Origin: Elusimicrobiota bacterium
Lineage (GTDB): Bacteria > Elusimicrobiota > Elusimicrobia > UBA1565 > UBA9628
DNA: 64,000 nucleotides
Assembly (NCBI GenBank): GCA_031423795.1
Contig: JANPGH010000123.1
Span: 14,206-78,205, forward strand
Reading direction: 5' to 3'
Shown: piece after piece, positions 42,842 to 55,465 of the stretch
Numbering within the stretch: the first letter of the stretch is position 1
Layout of the letters: each line of letters starts with the position of its first letter
The notes under the pieces: model-generated
Database searches by the model: none
Told to the model about the DNA's origin: nothing
The model's input: the letters and a program-made list of their open reading frames with translations, nothing else
Translations under genes and position numbers: made by a program

Positions 42842-43200
42842 GGTTTCCTCGCTCGGCCCATTACAAGTTCGTAGTCTCGATCACAACCTCGACTATCATA
42901 GAGCTATCCCCATCGTTCGTTTGCCGACCCGATTCCGCGAACCTTACCATCGGGACAGCATGAAGTTACAGCGATTTCGCTAAGGAAGCAAGGCCTTTCT
43001 TCGTCGGAAAGACGAGAATCTTCGCCGAATTCGCAACACGTTGCGACGTTCGGCCTGGAATTCAGGGCTCCGAACCGGGGACATAAATCGCTCGAGTTCG
43101 GGGGAAGAGGGTTACAACATGGAAAGTATCGCTATCACCGACCGCGATCTTGCGGCGCCGGATGGTGAAGTACAGGATGCTTTCATGTTTCGCGACTCAA

Positions 43201-45666
<2,466 letters not shown>

Positions 45667-45696
45667 TTTTATGCCTTTATCCTTCCCGTCTTCAAT

Positions 45697-46944
45697 TCAC
45701 CAAACCAGCAGAAGCAACGCCCCAGCGGCCAGTGAGCAGAGCCACGGCATGAGGAGCGCCTTGAAGAACGCCCTGCCCCCCATGAATCCGGCGATGGCTC
45801 CCTTGAAGAACACGTTCGACATGCCGGCGATGATGATGAGAGGCCAGCCTTCATGAGGAAGGAGTTTGCCGGTTCCGACAAGCCTTGATGTCGACAAGGT
45901 GATTGCGTCCATATCAGTGACACCGGATACGGCGGCGACGACCGCCAAGCCCCCGTTGCCGAGGTATTTCCTGGAAAAAGCCACTGCGAACAATATGATC
46001 GCGTAAAGAACACCGAAGGCCAGCGCGGTTCTTAATTCAGCCGGGTTGTCTTGAGCCGGCATGCCCCTGCCGCCGCTTTTGAGATTTTTCCAAAGCCACA
46101 GCGTGGAAAGCATTGAAACCAAAAACATGACGCCGAGCGGCAGCCATATGGCTTGAAAAGAAGGGGCCGCCACAAGGACTTCCAGAAAAAGACGGACGTA
46201 TACGGTCGTCCATGCAATGAGGACGACGACCGCGTTTTGCGGGATGGTGCCGACGAGTTCCTTGGAGCGCCTCGCGTAGCTGGTGGTGGTCGCCGTGCTC
46301 GAGATCACCCCGCCCAGTATTCCGCCCAATATGATCCCGGCTCCTTCGCCGAAGAACTTGTAGATGACATAACCCAACAGCGAGACGGCGACGATGACGA
46401 CCACCATCAGCCAGATATCGTGAGGGTTCAGAACCGCGAGCGGACCAAAAAACTGATTGGGAACGATCGGGAGAATCACCAGAGAAATCAAGACGAACTG
46501 CATGATCGCCCGAATCTCCTTGTCGCTGAAACGCTTCGCCAATCCATGAAGCTCCATCTTCGCCTGCAAGACGACGGCCACTATGCCGGCAAGCGCGGCC
46601 CCGAGCCATATCGGTCCGTGGACGAGAACGCCCGCGCAATACATGAGGAGCATGGCGAGTTCGGTCACGAGCCCGGAGTGGCCCGACGCGTGATCCGTCT
46701 TTATTGAAAGACGGCCGCCTATCATGGCCGCGATGACGCCGAAAAAACCCGCTCCTATGATCCACCCACCATACTTTTCGGCGAGCAGGGCGCACACGGT
46801 CCCGAACACGGAGATCAGCGAGAATGTTCTGATGCCGGCGAGCGGCGAGTCGGCCCTTTGCCGCTCAAGCCCGACGAGAAGGCCCAGTGCCAGAGATATG
46901 ATGAGCTGATGAAAGGGATGGACGTCTTGAATACTTAACAACAC
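45697..46944 (-). CDS. MgtC/SapB-family membrane protein with DUF4010-like extension
   Basis: 415-aa polytopic membrane protein. The N-terminus LALGLLVGLERQ...AGIRTF is MgtC-like. Confidence 0.55.
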   Translation of the reverse strand: MLLSIQDVHPFHQLIISLALGLLVGLERQRADSPLAGIRTFSLISVFGTVCALLAEKYGGWIIGAGFFGVIAAMIGGRLSIKTDHASGHSGLVTELAMLLMYCAGVLVHGPIWLGAALAGIVAVVLQAKMELHGLAKRFSDKEIRAIMQFVLISLVILPIVPNQFFGPLAVLNPHDIWLMVVVIVAVSLLGYVIYKFFGEGAGIILGGILGGVISSTATTTSYARRSKELVGTIPQNAVVVLIAWTTVYVRLFLEVLVAAPSFQAIWLPLGVMFLVSMLSTLWLWKNLKSGGRGMPAQDNPAELRTALAFGVLYAIILFAVAFSRKYLGNGGLAVVAAVSGVTDMDAITLSTSRLVGTGKLLPHEGWPLIIIAGMSNVFFKGAIAGFMGGRAFFKALLMPWLCSLAAGALLLLVW

Positions 46945-46991
46945 GAAGCCCCCCCTTCTTCGCGCATCATGTCCCGCTCACGAACTCCATA

Positions 46992-47228
46992 TTAAGGCTT
47001 CCTACCAAGGACTGGAGCGCTGGATGACGGTACGATGAACGACGGTTCATCGGGCGCCGTATGAAGCGGCAGCCCGTGACCGCGGTCATCGTGCCCCGCG
47101 CTCCCTGTGCGAAGCGCTGATGACGAGGAGCCGGACGTGACGGGATGGCCCGACCATTGAAAGGTCGAACACGCCCCAAACAGGAGAACGGGCGCGCCAA
47201 GAAGCACCACAATTTCAAGGCTTCTCAT
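46992..47228 (-). CDS. small lipoprotein, Ser/His-rich (78 aa)
   Basis: MRSLEIVVLLGAPVLLFGAC lipobox with a GGGGAG Shine-Dalgarno sequence 6 nt upstream. It competes with the overlapping ORF 46967..47218, which lacks such signals. Confidence 0.4.
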   Translation of the reverse strand: MRSLEIVVLLGAPVLLFGACSTFQWSGHPVTSGSSSSALRTGSAGHDDRGHGLPLHTAPDEPSFIVPSSSAPVLGRKP

Positions 47229-47301
47229 AAATTCTCCCCAATGTTTTTGTACCCATGCAGTTGACCGTCGCCGGAGGTCCGCTACGCAGACCGTTTTTTT
47301 G

Positions 47302-47982
47302 TCATGACTTCCCCGAGAACTCGCTGATCGGATGGGCTCGGCAACATTCCGGCAACTCTTCTTTGATCAGATCGACGGCCTTCGCAGCCTTCTCCAGAAA
47401 GTTCTCCGTACTCTCGATGAAGAAGCGCCGGGGATGACCGTCCCAGACTTGAGCGATCCGCTTATCGACCCTGGCGGCCTCAAGCGCGGACTCGGTGCGG
47501 ACCGGATTGCTGTGATTGTATCCCCGCTCTAGCGAAGTGCTTCGCATGTGAATAACCGCCTGATAGCGGGCGAATTCCTCAGCGCGCCGCGCCCCCACTT
47601 CCTCCCAGAATAGTTCCTCGGGACCGGGCCAGTAGGCCAGGCCATCCAACGTCCCCCGGTCGCAGAGCGTAATCGCCGACTCCTGCTCATCCGTGACGAG
47701 GCGTTCGAGCTCGCGTTGCACATGGAAGATCGCGCGCTGTGCGGCTTTCTTTCCCGGGATCGTATTCTTGCGCCAGAAGCCCCCGCCAAAAATGATGCTG
47801 GCAGCCTCAGGCAGTACTGCCACATGCCTGCAGAAGTTCTTTTTCACGATCTCAAGAACGGCGGTCTTGCCGGCTCCAGGGCCGCCGGTCAAGACCACGC
47901 GCCGGCACCCATGCGTGGGGTCCTGGCATCTGCAGGCGACCGGATCAGTCGAGCTCAAGGGTGTCTCCGTAGGATGGAGCAA
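47302..47982 (-). CDS. P-loop ATPase (AAA_28/NadR-kinase-like)
   Basis: VVLTGGPGAGKTAVLE Walker A motif. Overlaps the upstream gene by 38 nt as annotated; the start is uncertain. Confidence 0.55.
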   Translation of the reverse strand: MLHPTETPLSSTDPVACRCQDPTHGCRRVVLTGGPGAGKTAVLEIVKKNFCRHVAVLPEAASIIFGGGFWRKNTIPGKKAAQRAIFHVQRELERLVTDEQESAITLCDRGTLDGLAYWPGPEELFWEEVGARRAEEFARYQAVIHMRSTSLERGYNHSNPVRTESALEAARVDKRIAQVWDGHPRRFFIESTENFLEKAAKAVDLIKEELPECCRAHPISEFSGKS

Positions 47983-49348
47983 CGACGCCGGTCCAACCGT
48001 CCTTATTCAAACGTGCGGCCAGGGCGTCTCGTTGGGTGGGATCGCCATGCACGAGAATGATGCGGCGCGGCTGGGGTTTGAGTCCTCCGATGAAAGCGAG
48101 GATGTCATCGCGGTCAGCGTGGGCGGAGAGGCTGTGCATCGCCTCGACTTTGGCGCGTACGCTGTGCTCGAGACCGAAGATGCGCACCTTGTCCGCCCCA
48201 TCAAGCAGCCTGCGGCCGAGGGTGCCGGACGCCTGGTAGCCGACTATCAGCACGATCGTGTTAGGCTTGTCGATGCTGTTTCTGAGGTGATGGAGGATGC
48301 GGCCGCCCTCGCACATGCCCGACGCCGAGAGGATCACCATCGGACCCGTCCGCTCCATGAGCGCCTTCGACTCTGCAACGGAGCGGACGTATTTGACGGT
48401 CTTGAAGCCGAACGGGTCCTCGGAATCGCCGATGGTGGCCAGGTATTTCGGATCGAAGCAGAAGCACTCGGAATGCTTGCGGAAGATGTCCGAGACATTG
48501 ACCGCCATCGGACTATCGACGTACACGGGGATTTTTGGGATCGAGCCCTGCCGCCTAAGCTTTTCGAGAACGAAGACGATCTCTTGGGTGCGCTCAAGGG
48601 CGAAACTCGGGATGAGAAGTTTTCCTTTGCTTTCGATGATGCGGCGAATCACATCCGTCAGCCGGCTCTCGACAAGATCGAGCCCCTCATGGAGCCGATC
48701 CCCGTAGGTGCACTCGATCATGAGATAGTCGACGTCGGGCGGCGGCTTGGGCGGCTCCATGAGAAGCGTCTCGCGACGGCCGAGGTCTCCCGTGTAGAGA
48801 ATGCGGCGAGGGCCGCTCGTCGTCTTGACATCCACCTGAATCATCGCGGACCCCAAAATGTGCCCCGCGTTGAGAAGCGTGGCGACAGCCCCGCCCGCGA
48901 TCTCAAACGGCACGTCGTACTTGTGCTCTCGGAGGAGAGCGAGCGTCGCGCCGGCGTCCGTGTCATCGTAGAGAGGCTCGATGCGTTGGCCGTCCTTGGC
49001 GTGAATCTTGTTGAAGAACTTCGCGTCTTCGAGCTGAAGGTGGGCCGAGTCCAGGAGCATGACGCCGCAGAGGTCGCGCGTGGGCCGCGTGCAGTGGATG
49101 GGAGCGGTGAGCCCGTTCTTGGCCAGAATGGGCAGGCCGCCCGTATGGTCGATATGGGCGTGGGAGACGATGACGCCGGCAAGTTCGCGCGGCTTGAAGG
49201 GTAGGCTGCGATTCTTATCCATCGATTCACGTCGATGGCCCTGAAACATGCCGCAATCGAGGAGAATCTTCGCACCGCCAGTTTCCAACAGATGCCGCGA
49301 GCCGGTCACCTCGCCTGCAGCGCCGAAGAACGACAACCTTATTCCCAT
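47945..49348 (-). CDS. MBL-fold beta-CASP hydrolase (RNA-metabolising metallo-beta-lactamase family)
   Basis: SHAHIDHTGGLP (HxHxDH), ...GDLG..., ...SAHAD..., ...LVHG. GAGGAG Shine-Dalgarno sequence upstream. Confidence 0.75.
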   Translation of the reverse strand: MGIRLSFFGAAGEVTGSRHLLETGGAKILLDCGMFQGHRRESMDKNRSLPFKPRELAGVIVSHAHIDHTGGLPILAKNGLTAPIHCTRPTRDLCGVMLLDSAHLQLEDAKFFNKIHAKDGQRIEPLYDDTDAGATLALLREHKYDVPFEIAGGAVATLLNAGHILGSAMIQVDVKTTSGPRRILYTGDLGRRETLLMEPPKPPPDVDYLMIECTYGDRLHEGLDLVESRLTDVIRRIIESKGKLLIPSFALERTQEIVFVLEKLRRQGSIPKIPVYVDSPMAVNVSDIFRKHSECFCFDPKYLATIGDSEDPFGFKTVKYVRSVAESKALMERTGPMVILSASGMCEGGRILHHLRNSIDKPNTIVLIVGYQASGTLGRRLLDGADKVRIFGLEHSVRAKVEAMHSLSAHADRDDILAFIGGLKPQPRRIILVHGDPTQRDALAARLNKDGWTGVVAPSYGDTLELD

Positions 49349-49575
49349 AACAGTACTCCTCGTCGCGACGGCAGCGACCTATTCCGTCGGCTTGTAGCCC
49401 GCCTTGTCAACGAGCAACATTCCAGCCAAGCGTCAGCGTTGATTGAACTGCTCCGCAACGCCTAATGCAATCTAGGACACGTCATTGTTCTGTGCAGCCA
49501 ATGTAACAAGGCCAGCCCCTGAAGCAGCGAGCTCCTGTGGATTATCCCCAATGCCTAAACCCCTAACAATGCGAG

Positions 49576-49601
49576 GTAATACGCATGTCCCTGCGTATTA
49601 C
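49576..49601. promoter_or_regulatory. perfect 10-bp inverted repeat (candidate operator or hairpin) in the divergent control region
   Basis: GTAATACGCA-tgtccc-TGCGTATTAC, located between the MBL operon start (49348) and the cusC start (49756). Confidence 0.35.
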
Positions 49602-49755
49602 TCCGCATTGGCGCGCTCTATGGAAGAAGGTACCGTGAGGAGCAAGGCAAGGGAGACCGCCGATGAAACCGTTTGACGAGTGTATTTGCGCGGTCTAAAA
49701 ACCCTTACAACCGCGCCATAGCTTCGCGCTGGCAGAAGTGTTGCTATGAATTAAG

Positions 49756-51177
49756 ATGAGCCGCTTACTGGCTATTTGGGAAACACTGATGATGCGATTT
49801 TCGTTGTCTTGCCTCTGTCTTACGCTCCTAAGCAGTGTCTGCTTTGGAGCGCCCCTCACGTTGCAGGGATATCTGGATCAGGTTGAGGCCGCCAATCCGG
49901 TCATCCAAGCGGCGCGGGCGCACGCTTCAGCCAGTACATCCCGGGTCAGAGCGACATCCACCCTGGACGACCCCTTCGTGGCCGCGGGCATCGATCAAGT
50001 CCCCTTTTCCGGACCGGACATGACGTCGGTCACACGGTATCAACTGAGCCAGGCTCTACCCTTTCCGGGCAAGCTGTCGGCCAAGCGGCGCGCGGCGGAA
50101 GGCCGTGCTCGCTCATCGGATTACGATGCGCAGACCGTCCGCCGCCAGACGCTCGTCCAAGCCGAGCAACTGTTTCTCAAGGCGTATTTCAACGGACAAG
50201 TGCTTGAGTGGAACGCCCGTCTGGGCAAGCTGTTTGACGACCTAACCGAGAGCGCCAAGATCCGCTACAAGACAGGCGGATCAGCGCATCATGAGTGGCT
50301 TCTCGCCAAGCTTGAGTCCTCGACCTTGTCTGTCGAGAAGCTCAAACTTGAACGAGAGCGTAAGACCTTGACGGCCCAACTCAACGAGTTGCGCAACGTC
50401 CCCGCTACTGAGTCCATAGAGATCGTTCCGGTCGAGTTTTCGACTGCGCCCATCGTGGAGGATTCATTGGCCGATCAGCCGGAACTCCGGTCGCTCAACG
50501 CCGTGGCCGACGCCGCGAACGCGGACCGTCGGCAGGCCCGGCTTTCCTATCTGCCCGATTTCGTGGTTCAAGGCATGGCCATGCGGCCGCGTGCGGCAGG
50601 TATGGAAGGTTCGGGTAATTGGGGCGCGATGCTCGGCATGAACCTGCCGATCTTCTTCTACAGGAAGCAGGCCGGACTTGTTGCCGCAGCCGACAGTGAG
50701 AGAAAGGCGGCCTTGGCCGAGGAGGACGTCATCAAGAACAGACTGGCGGCCGAACTCGTGGAAGGAAAAGAACAGTTGCGGACGGCCCAGGACATAGTGG
50801 CCCTTTACGAGAAAGAGATCATCCCCGTGACGCAGATCGCCGCGAAGAACGCGGAAGCGGCCTATGCGTCCAAGCAAGCCCCGCTCTCCCAATTCATCGA
50901 GGCGCTCAAGGTCCAGCGCACGCAAGACCTGGAGCTTTTGGCGGCGCGCATCGACCTCGAGTCTGCACGAATCCGCATCAAGGACCTTCTCTCCTCGCCG
51001 CCGTTGCTGCGGCTAGCGCCGGTCCGTCCCACGCTGCTGGGCGGCGGCGCCATGGGAAGCGCCGAAATGGGCGTGTCCGGTACGGTCAACATGGGTCGGG
51101 GCATGAGCGGACCGACACGCAAGGCGTCGAATGCGCCCGCTGCCGCGCAGCCCTCGGGAATGGGAGAGATGCAATGA
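49756..51177 (+). CDS. cusC: TolC-family outer-membrane efflux protein (CusC/CzcC-like)
   Basis: Signal peptide followed by the duplicated TolC-like helical/beta pattern. First gene of a C-B-A efflux operon. 4-nt overlap with the next gene. Confidence 0.7.
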   Translation: MSRLLAIWETLMMRFSLSCLCLTLLSSVCFGAPLTLQGYLDQVEAANPVIQAARAHASASTSRVRATSTLDDPFVAAGIDQVPFSGPDMTSVTRYQLSQALPFPGKLSAKRRAAEGRARSSDYDAQTVRRQTLVQAEQLFLKAYFNGQVLEWNARLGKLFDDLTESAKIRYKTGGSAHHEWLLAKLESSTLSVEKLKLERERKTLTAQLNELRNVPATESIEIVPVEFSTAPIVEDSLADQPELRSLNAVADAANADRRQARLSYLPDFVVQGMAMRPRAAGMEGSGNWGAMLGMNLPIFFYRKQAGLVAAADSERKAALAEEDVIKNRLAAELVEGKEQLRTAQDIVALYEKEIIPVTQIAAKNAEAAYASKQAPLSQFIEALKVQRTQDLELLAARIDLESARIRIKDLLSSPPLLRLAPVRPTLLGGGAMGSAEMGVSGTVNMGRGMSGPTRKASNAPAAAQPSGMGEMQ

Positions 51178-52334
51178 CGAAATCACTTCAAATTACCTTC
51201 GGAATCTGTCTGACGTTGTCTCAGGCATCCGCAGTTTGGGCCCAACATCAGCATGGGCAGCCGGCGCATGAGTCTGTACCCACCCCCGCTCCCGTCTCCG
51301 GCGCCAAGGCCGTCAAGGAGGAGCCGCGCGCCGCGGTGGACATCCCTCCAGATCAGCAGGCGCGCATGGGCATAGCGACCGCCGTGGCCGTGAAAAAAGC
51401 GGTCGCTCATACGATTCGCACGGTGGGCATCGTCACAGCCGACGAAAGACGTGAGGCGCACGTGCATACGCGAATCAGCGGCTGGATCGAGAAGATCTAC
51501 GCCGACTATGTCGGCAAACCGGTCAGCAAAGGGCAGCCGCTGTTCGGCCTCTACAGTCCCGAACTCCTAGCGACTCAGGAAGAGTATTTGGCGGCTCGCG
51601 GCAAAGGTGATACCGGTCAAGAGATCGCCGGCGTCGCTCTGGAGCGGCTCAAGCTTTGGCAGGTTCCACGCAGCCAGATAGAACGCCTCGATCGCACGGG
51701 CCACGCGGAGCGAGCCGTCACGTTTGAGTCGCCGGTCGATGGGATTATCGTGGAGAAAACGGCAATACAGGGCATGTACATCACTCCTGAGATGGAGCTT
51801 TACCATATCGCCGATCTCAGCACCATTTGGATCGTGGCCACGCTCTACCAGTACGACCTCGCGCTGATCAAAGCCGGCGACAAGGCCGACGTGCAGCTGC
51901 CGTATAATCCATCGAAGACCTTCAGCGCCAAAATCACCTATATCAATCCGGAGCTCGACGTCCAGACCCGGACGGCTAAAGCCCGAATTGAGTTCCCGAA
52001 CAAGGATACCGTCCTCAAACCCGGGATGTTCGCCAACGTGGAGATCAAGAAGGACCTGGGAACCGTTATCGTCGTGCCCGAAGACGCCGTCATCGACACG
52101 GGCGTTCGTCAGATCGTCTTCGTGCGCGTCTCGCCCGTCCGCTTCGAACCCCGCGAGGTTACGGTCGGAGCGCGGGCGGACGGCCAGTTCGTCGTACTTT
52201 CCGGTTTGAAGGAAGGCGAGACGGTCGTCACAAGCGCGCACTTCCTCATCGACGCAGAGAGCAAGGTCCAGGCGGCCCTTCTCAAAGGGGCGCAGCCTTC
52301 TCCCGCCGGCCACGGATCGCACAAAGGGAACTAA
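51174..52334 (+). CDS. cusB: RND efflux periplasmic adaptor (CusB/CzcB-like)
   Basis: ...RISGWIEKIYADYVGKPVSKGQPLFGLYSPELLATQEEYL...VTFESPVDGIIVEK...VVPEDAVIDTG... Confidence 0.75.
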   Translation: MTKSLQITFGICLTLSQASAVWAQHQHGQPAHESVPTPAPVSGAKAVKEEPRAAVDIPPDQQARMGIATAVAVKKAVAHTIRTVGIVTADERREAHVHTRISGWIEKIYADYVGKPVSKGQPLFGLYSPELLATQEEYLAARGKGDTGQEIAGVALERLKLWQVPRSQIERLDRTGHAERAVTFESPVDGIIVEKTAIQGMYITPEMELYHIADLSTIWIVATLYQYDLALIKAGDKADVQLPYNPSKTFSAKITYINPELDVQTRTAKARIEFPNKDTVLKPGMFANVEIKKDLGTVIVVPEDAVIDTGVRQIVFVRVSPVRFEPREVTVGARADGQFVVLSGLKEGETVVTSAHFLIDAESKVQAALLKGAQPSPAGHGSHKGN

Positions 52335-52339
52335 CGTAA

Positions 52340-55300
52340 ATGATCGCGAAGATTATCGGCTGGTGCGGCAGAAACCCGAAGATCACCCTCGCGGTGGGTC
52401 TGGCTTTCGCTCTGTGGGGCGGCTACTGCCTCAAGAACAGCAAAATCGACGCCATCCCCGACCTCTCCGAGACGCAGGTCATCATCTTCACGGAATGGAT
52501 GGGGCGCAGTCCGGACTTGATCGAGAACCAGATCACCTATCCGCTGGTGACCGCGATGCTGTCGGCGCCCAACGTCTCGGTGGTGCGCGGGTTCTCGATG
52601 TTCGGGATGTCGTTCGTCTACGTGATCTTCAAGGACGGGACCGATCTCTACTGGGCCAGGTCGCGCGTGCTCGAATATTTGTCCAAGCTCTCGGGCAATC
52701 TACCGACCGGAGTGACCCCGACCATAGGCCCGGATGCCAGCGGCGTCGGGTGGGTCTTCCAGTACGCGCTCGTTGACAAAACGGGCAAGCGTGATCTGGC
52801 AGAGATCCGCACCTTTCAGGACTGGTACTTGCGGTATTGGCTCTCTTCTGTGCCCGGCGTCGCCGAAGTGGCCTCGATCGGCGGGTATCAGAAGCAATTC
52901 CAGGTCGAGGTTGACCCAAATCGGATGGCGGCGCTCAAGATCCCGCTGGATCGCGTCGTGGCGGCGATTCGAAGCAGCAACAAAGACGTCGGAGGCAGGA
53001 CGCTCGAGGTCAGCGAACGCGAATACTACGTCCGCGGGCTGGGCTACGTCAAGAAGCCGGCCGACCTCGAGAACGTCACGATCGGCCTGGGGTCGGGCGG
53101 AGTCCCCATCCGCATCGCCGATGTCGGCCGGGTGACTTTGGGCCCGAACATCAAGCGCGGCGTGTCGGACCTGGATGGAAAGGGCGACGCGGTGGGCGGC
53201 GTGGTCGTCATGAGGCAGGGCGAGGACGCCTCCCGCGTGATCGACGCGATCAAAAAGAAGCTCGAAGAAGTAAAGCCTGGATTTCCCGAAGGCTTGGAGG
53301 TCAAGATCATTTATGACCGCTCCTCCCTGATCCGCGAGGCTGTCGCCACTTTGGAAGAAAACGTCGTCGAAGAAATCATTATCGTCTGCCTCGTGATCAT
53401 GCTCTTTCTTTTCCATTTTCGAAGCGCGCTGATCGTGGCCATCACTTTGCCGGTGTCGGTCCTGATCTCATTCATCCCGATGTACTACCTCGGCATGGGC
53501 CTCAACATCATGTCGATGGGCGGCATCATCCTGGCCATCGGCGACGTGGTCGACGGCGTCGTTGTCTTCATCGAAAACGCCCACAAGAAACTGGCGGCCG
53601 GAGAGGGCGCGGGCAAGTCGCCGACCGAACTCGCCATCGAGGCCTGTTCCGAACTGGGACCATCCATCTTCAGCTCGCTTCTGATCATCGCGGTTTCGTT
53701 TCTGCCGATCTTCGCCCTCCAGGCCCAAGAGGGCAAGCTCTTCCACCCTCTCGCCTACACGAAGACCTTCGCCATGCTCGTTGCCGCCGTGGTCTCCATC
53801 ACGATGACTCCGCCCCTCATCGCCATCTTCGTCAGGGGCAAGATCCGCTCCGAGGAAGAGAATCCCGTCAACCGGACCCTTCAGAATCTGTACAAACCGG
53901 CGTTGGATTGGTGCTTGCGTCACGGGAAGAGCGTGCTAGGCGGCATGGCGCTCTTGACGGCAGTGGCCGTCCTCGCCTTCATGCGTCTTGGCTCGGAATT
54001 CATGCCGCCACTCTGGGAAGGCGACCTCCTCTATATGCCGATTACGGTGCCTGGAATCTCGGTAACCTCGGCGACAGACTTATTGACCCGTCAGGGGGCC
54101 GCCATAAAGGCAGTCCCCGAGGTCGAGACCGTCTTCGGCAAAGCCGGCCGCTACGAAACGCCGACGGACCCCGCGCCGCTGTCGATGTTCGAGTACACGA
54201 TCCGTCTCAAGCCTCGCGCCCAGTGGCGCAAGGGCGTCTCGCAAGACGGCTTGGTCGCCGAACTCGATCGGGCCGTGGCCGTTCCCGGTCTCAATAGGGC
54301 CTGGACCAAGCCCGTGCGCGGGCGCACCGACATGCTGAGCACGGGAATTCGGACTCCCATCGGCATCAAAATCTTCGGTAAGGACCTCCAGGTTATCCAA
54401 GGTATCGGCGAGCAACTGGAACGCGCGCTCAAGGACGTCCGCGGGACCCGCAGCGTCTATGCCGAGCGTATCGGCGGCGGCTACTACCTGGACTTCGAGC
54501 CCGACCGGGCCATGCTCCAGCGCTACGGCCTCAATGTCGGCGACGCGCAGATGATCATCGAGACGGCCATCGGTGGTATGGATGTCTCTCAAACAATCGA
54601 CGGACGCGAACGCTATACGATCAACGTCCGCTATCCGCGCGAGCTTCGAGACGACGTTGAGAAGCTGAGCCGGATACTGGTCCCGACTCCGACCGGAACG
54701 GTCGTGCCCCTCGGCCAACTCGGGAAGCTGACCATGCGCAGCGGACCTCCCATGGTCCTCGATGAGAACGGCTCGCTGGCCGGCTACGTCTATATCGACT
54801 TAAAAGACCGCGACCCGGGCGGCTACGTGAGCGACGCCAAGGCGGCTGTCGCCAAAAGCGTCCAGCTGCCCCAGGGGTACTTCCTGTCCTGGACGGGTCA
54901 GTACGAATACCTCGTCCGCATGCAGCGCCGCATGAAGATCGTCCTACCGCTGACGTTGGCGCTGGTGTTCATGCTCCTCTATTTCAGCCTGAGATCGGTG
55001 GGCAAGAGCCTTATGGTCATGATCTCCGTGCCGCTGTCGCTAGTGGGCGGCATCCTCCTCATGTGGGCACTCGGCTACAACACAAGTGTCGCCGTCTGGG
55101 CCGGCGCTATCGCGCTTATCGGCGTCGCCGTCGAGACGACTTCGATTATGGTTGTCTTTTTAGACGAAGCCTGGCAGGCGCGGGCCAAAAAGGGGCAACT
55201 CAAAAGCGAGGACGATTTCCGCAACGCCACTTGCGAGGGCGCGCGAAAGTGCCTGCGTCCCGTGCTCATGGCCGTGGGCATGAACATTTTCGGCCTGATG

Positions 55301-55465
55301 CCGGTTATGATCGCGACCGGCCTTGGCGCCGACGTCATGAAGCGCATCTCCTCGCCCATGTTTGGCGGCCTGCTTTCGCTGACTTTGCTGACCTTGGTGG
55401 TGATTCCGGTGGTCTATAAGATGCGGGAACAGCGCCTCGTGCTGAAGAACGGAGAAACTCCATGA
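52340..55465 (+). CDS. cusA: CusA/CzcA-family heavy-metal RND transporter
   Basis: 1041 aa with 12-TM RND architecture. MIAKIIGWCGRNPKITLAV...DAIPDLSETQVIIFTEWMGRSPDLIENQITYPL is typical of the HME-RND family. Confidence 0.85.
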   Translation: MIAKIIGWCGRNPKITLAVGLAFALWGGYCLKNSKIDAIPDLSETQVIIFTEWMGRSPDLIENQITYPLVTAMLSAPNVSVVRGFSMFGMSFVYVIFKDGTDLYWARSRVLEYLSKLSGNLPTGVTPTIGPDASGVGWVFQYALVDKTGKRDLAEIRTFQDWYLRYWLSSVPGVAEVASIGGYQKQFQVEVDPNRMAALKIPLDRVVAAIRSSNKDVGGRTLEVSEREYYVRGLGYVKKPADLENVTIGLGSGGVPIRIADVGRVTLGPNIKRGVSDLDGKGDAVGGVVVMRQGEDASRVIDAIKKKLEEVKPGFPEGLEVKIIYDRSSLIREAVATLEENVVEEIIIVCLVIMLFLFHFRSALIVAITLPVSVLISFIPMYYLGMGLNIMSMGGIILAIGDVVDGVVVFIENAHKKLAAGEGAGKSPTELAIEACSELGPSIFSSLLIIAVSFLPIFALQAQEGKLFHPLAYTKTFAMLVAAVVSITMTPPLIAIFVRGKIRSEEENPVNRTLQNLYKPALDWCLRHGKSVLGGMALLTAVAVLAFMRLGSEFMPPLWEGDLLYMPITVPGISVTSATDLLTRQGAAIKAVPEVETVFGKAGRYETPTDPAPLSMFEYTIRLKPRAQWRKGVSQDGLVAELDRAVAVPGLNRAWTKPVRGRTDMLSTGIRTPIGIKIFGKDLQVIQGIGEQLERALKDVRGTRSVYAERIGGGYYLDFEPDRAMLQRYGLNVGDAQMIIETAIGGMDVSQTIDGRERYTINVRYPRELRDDVEKLSRILVPTPTGTVVPLGQLGKLTMRSGPPMVLDENGSLAGYVYIDLKDRDPGGYVSDAKAAVAKSVQLPQGYFLSWTGQYEYLVRMQRRMKIVLPLTLALVFMLLYFSLRSVGKSLMVMISVPLSLVGGILLMWALGYNTSVAVWAGAIALIGVAVETTSIMVVFLDEAWQARAKKGQLKSEDDFRNATCEGARKCLRPVLMAVGMNIFGLMPVMIATGLGADVMKRISSPMFGGLLSLTLLTLVVIPVVYKMREQRLVLKNGETP

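Noticed and set aside
42842-43200. Search for attR, meaning a direct repeat of the tRNA-Asp 3' end at the far side of the element.
   Set aside because: By eye, no stretch of about 12 nt or longer matching 31640..31677 is present here. Only a palindrome TCGCAAC-ac-GTTGCGA (43031..43047) was noted. The boundary is left open rather than invented, and a computational repeat search is needed.
46967-47218. An 83-aa ORF overlapping the small lipoprotein candidate.
   Set aside because: It has no ribosome-binding site and an Arg/Pro-rich product. The competing frame 46992..47228 has a Shine-Dalgarno sequence and a lipobox.
47693-49204. A 503-aa + strand ORF, the longest unexplained ORF in the track.
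   Set aside because: It is completely antisense to the MBL/beta-CASP gene, which has clear HxHxDH and other catalytic motifs. The + frame product is Arg/Asp/Gly-rich and has no recognisable domain.
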